Assembly (NCBI RefSeq): GCF_964355755.1
Contig: NC_092675.1
Span: 21,796,912-21,860,911 of the forward strand
Direction of reading: 5' to 3'
Origin: Antedon mediterranea
Taxonomy: Eukaryota > Animalia > Echinodermata
Length of the DNA stretch: 64,000 bases
Part shown: in pieces, positions 62,052 to 64,000 of the stretch
Layout of the letters: every line of letters starts with the position of its first letter
Position numbering within the stretch: position 1 is the stretch's first letter
The notes under the pieces: generated by a model
The model's input: only the letters and a program-made list of their open reading frames with translations
Databases searched by the model: none
What the model was told of the DNA's origin: nothing
Program-made: the position numbers and the translations under genes

Positions 62052-63925
62052 GGGTGGAAGTCTCTTCAGATTACTTTGGTTGAATGGTACTAACAGTACT
62101 GTCTGTATGTACAGTAGTACATGAATTCATGTTTTAATCATCTTAGGTGCAATAATACAATTAATAAATGTTTATGATTGATTGGAGCAAATATTTTCAT
62201 GGAACGGAATAGACTTACTCAATGAGGTAAAAACCGAATCATGCTTTCAATTAATGTGCTCAGATTTCTGTCGCGGTAGTACACTAGTAGTAGGCATTAT
62301 AAATGGCGAACTCTACAGGTGTACTTACTACCTTTACAATATAGACTTCTAATTTGTGACTACCTACCATACACTTTTCAGAGGGGCTTTCCCATAAATG
62401 TAGATCAAATCAAATATTTGAATAGTTTGTATGTGTTTCAGTACGTCTGTAATTGGGCAAAATTGTTGGAGTACCTGGAAATTCTGAAGTACCAGACAAA
62501 CATACTCAATTCATAAGAGGTAAGAATAGAATGATGGGCAAGAACAACATAAAGCTGTGATTAAGCAGTTCTGTCCAGATTCTCAATACCCTCCGGAGAA
62601 CCTGAAAATTGGATGTAAATTGCACCTAGCATGACTAGGAGATACTAACTTTATTTAACATAACTTTTAAAAAATGATTTTAATATATAAAAATATAAAA
62701 GAGAAAATGAATGGAATGGACATAATATCTATAAACACTGAAAGGTTGTGAAGAAACATAAAAATAAATTATAAGTTTATGATATTAGAAACAATGAATT
62801 CAAACCTTTATGTTTTTACCTTTATGATAATATTGTATGCAAATGAGATGCTAATTAATTATGTATGTATGATTTACAAGAATGTTCATAATAATATATT
62901 TATATTTATTACTTTAAAATCATAAAAAAATAACAAAATACATTCTATAATATTCCTTATGAACAGATTACTGGTAGATAAAATATTACAATATTAATCA
63001 ATATTACAGTTAGCTTTTTAGAAGTTTATGGTACCCTATACAAAAGTGGTATAACCCATTGCCTGAAAGGTCAATTGCCTGAGGCATACAGCAAAGCAAA
63101 CTAGGGGAGGACTCAACAATCTTTACAGATCCTTAATCAAATTCGTATTGGTCCCATTTAACAATTATATCATTATCAAGGGTCTATATTATGGAAGAAT
63201 TGGTTTTCAAAATCATCAGTTCCATTCTGTTCCATCTTCTTTCTAAGTTTTCTTCACAACAAACAACAATTTAACGATCATTGCACCAAAAAAAGAATTA
63301 AATCTTTGGGGATTTCAATTCAAAACATAAATTTGAATGCATACATTAACAACCTTTGAAAAAACTGTTTGTTGATAAAATGATATATTTGTTTGCAGCA
63401 TGTTTGTGGTTTAATATATTATCATCTTGTTATTGTTACTCTTCAACTTTTAACAGTTTATATATGTACAGTATTATTAAAATTATAAATCGTTTTTACT
63501 GCAAAATTTATTCATAATTAATATTAGGAATTACAATGCAACAGTTGGTCTATTGTTAGTACCGGTAATTAATTCAAGTTTCACAATCCATGCGCCATCA
63601 ATGTTTATACCACGCAGGAGAATTTTTTCTAACTACAGTACAACATGCATCGGCATGTCTCGATTGTATATCGTGGGAACATTAAAATCTGCCATTGTAA
63701 TAAAGTATCAACAGTACTCGTTTAAACAAATAGCTTTGCATAAAAAGATGTTGGAAAGTTGCTTGGAAGACACAAAATTACAATTCTGTAACATGTTGTA
63801 GCACTTGTGAAACGTTTGTGCTATCGTCCACGCAAAAAACGCAATGTAACTTGCGAGCCAAGTCCTCAACAATTTTAAGCCTCTGTTCACATTGCACTAA
63901 AAAATGAAAACCAGCTTCCAATTAA

Positions 63926-64000
63926 CACTTTGACTGCCAAACACGAAGATTTTCGTTTTTGGAAACACAATGCTTGACTGCCAAAAACGAAGATCTTCGT
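63926..64000. mobile_element. Possible piggyBac-like transposon terminus running off the window
   Basis: TTAA followed by CACTTTGACTGCC with a subterminal repeat TTGACTGCCAAA.ACGAAGAT occurring twice; other end not visible. Confidence 0.4.

Noticed and set aside
56033-64000. Search for the SSBP LUFS exons (VFWDLYCAA.., IRWEKNITLGEPPGFL..)
   Set aside because: No such exon found by eye; presumed to be beyond the window.

Overview
AT-rich, intron-containing eukaryotic DNA, most likely a marine invertebrate deuterostome (echinoderm-like; inferred from Deu-domain SINEs, Academ and 2A-bearing LINE content). Four host genes can be reconstructed by hand from splice sites and protein motifs: a 3-exon histamine N-methyltransferase-like gene (+, 5906-13626), a convergent single-coding-exon GT32/DXD glycosyltransferase (-, 13863-14789), a 9-exon clan-2 (CYP17A1-like) cytochrome P450 (-, 16852-21628) with an apparent GC-AG intron, and the 3' 13 coding exons of an SSBP2/3/4 (Ssdp) gene (-, 26575-56032) whose LUFS/LisH exons must lie beyond the window. 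The rest is a dense mix of mobile elements: a CR1/L2-group LINE with a 2A-like motif, PHD finger, APE and RT; truncated L2-like and Rex1/Babar LINEs; an Academ-derived element built from two inverted 3' ends; several MITEs; tRNA/Deu SINEs; a 5S+tRNA composite SINE; and four minimal hammerhead-ribozyme motifs. Most short ORFs in the track are spurious. All calls come from manual reading; no searches were run.
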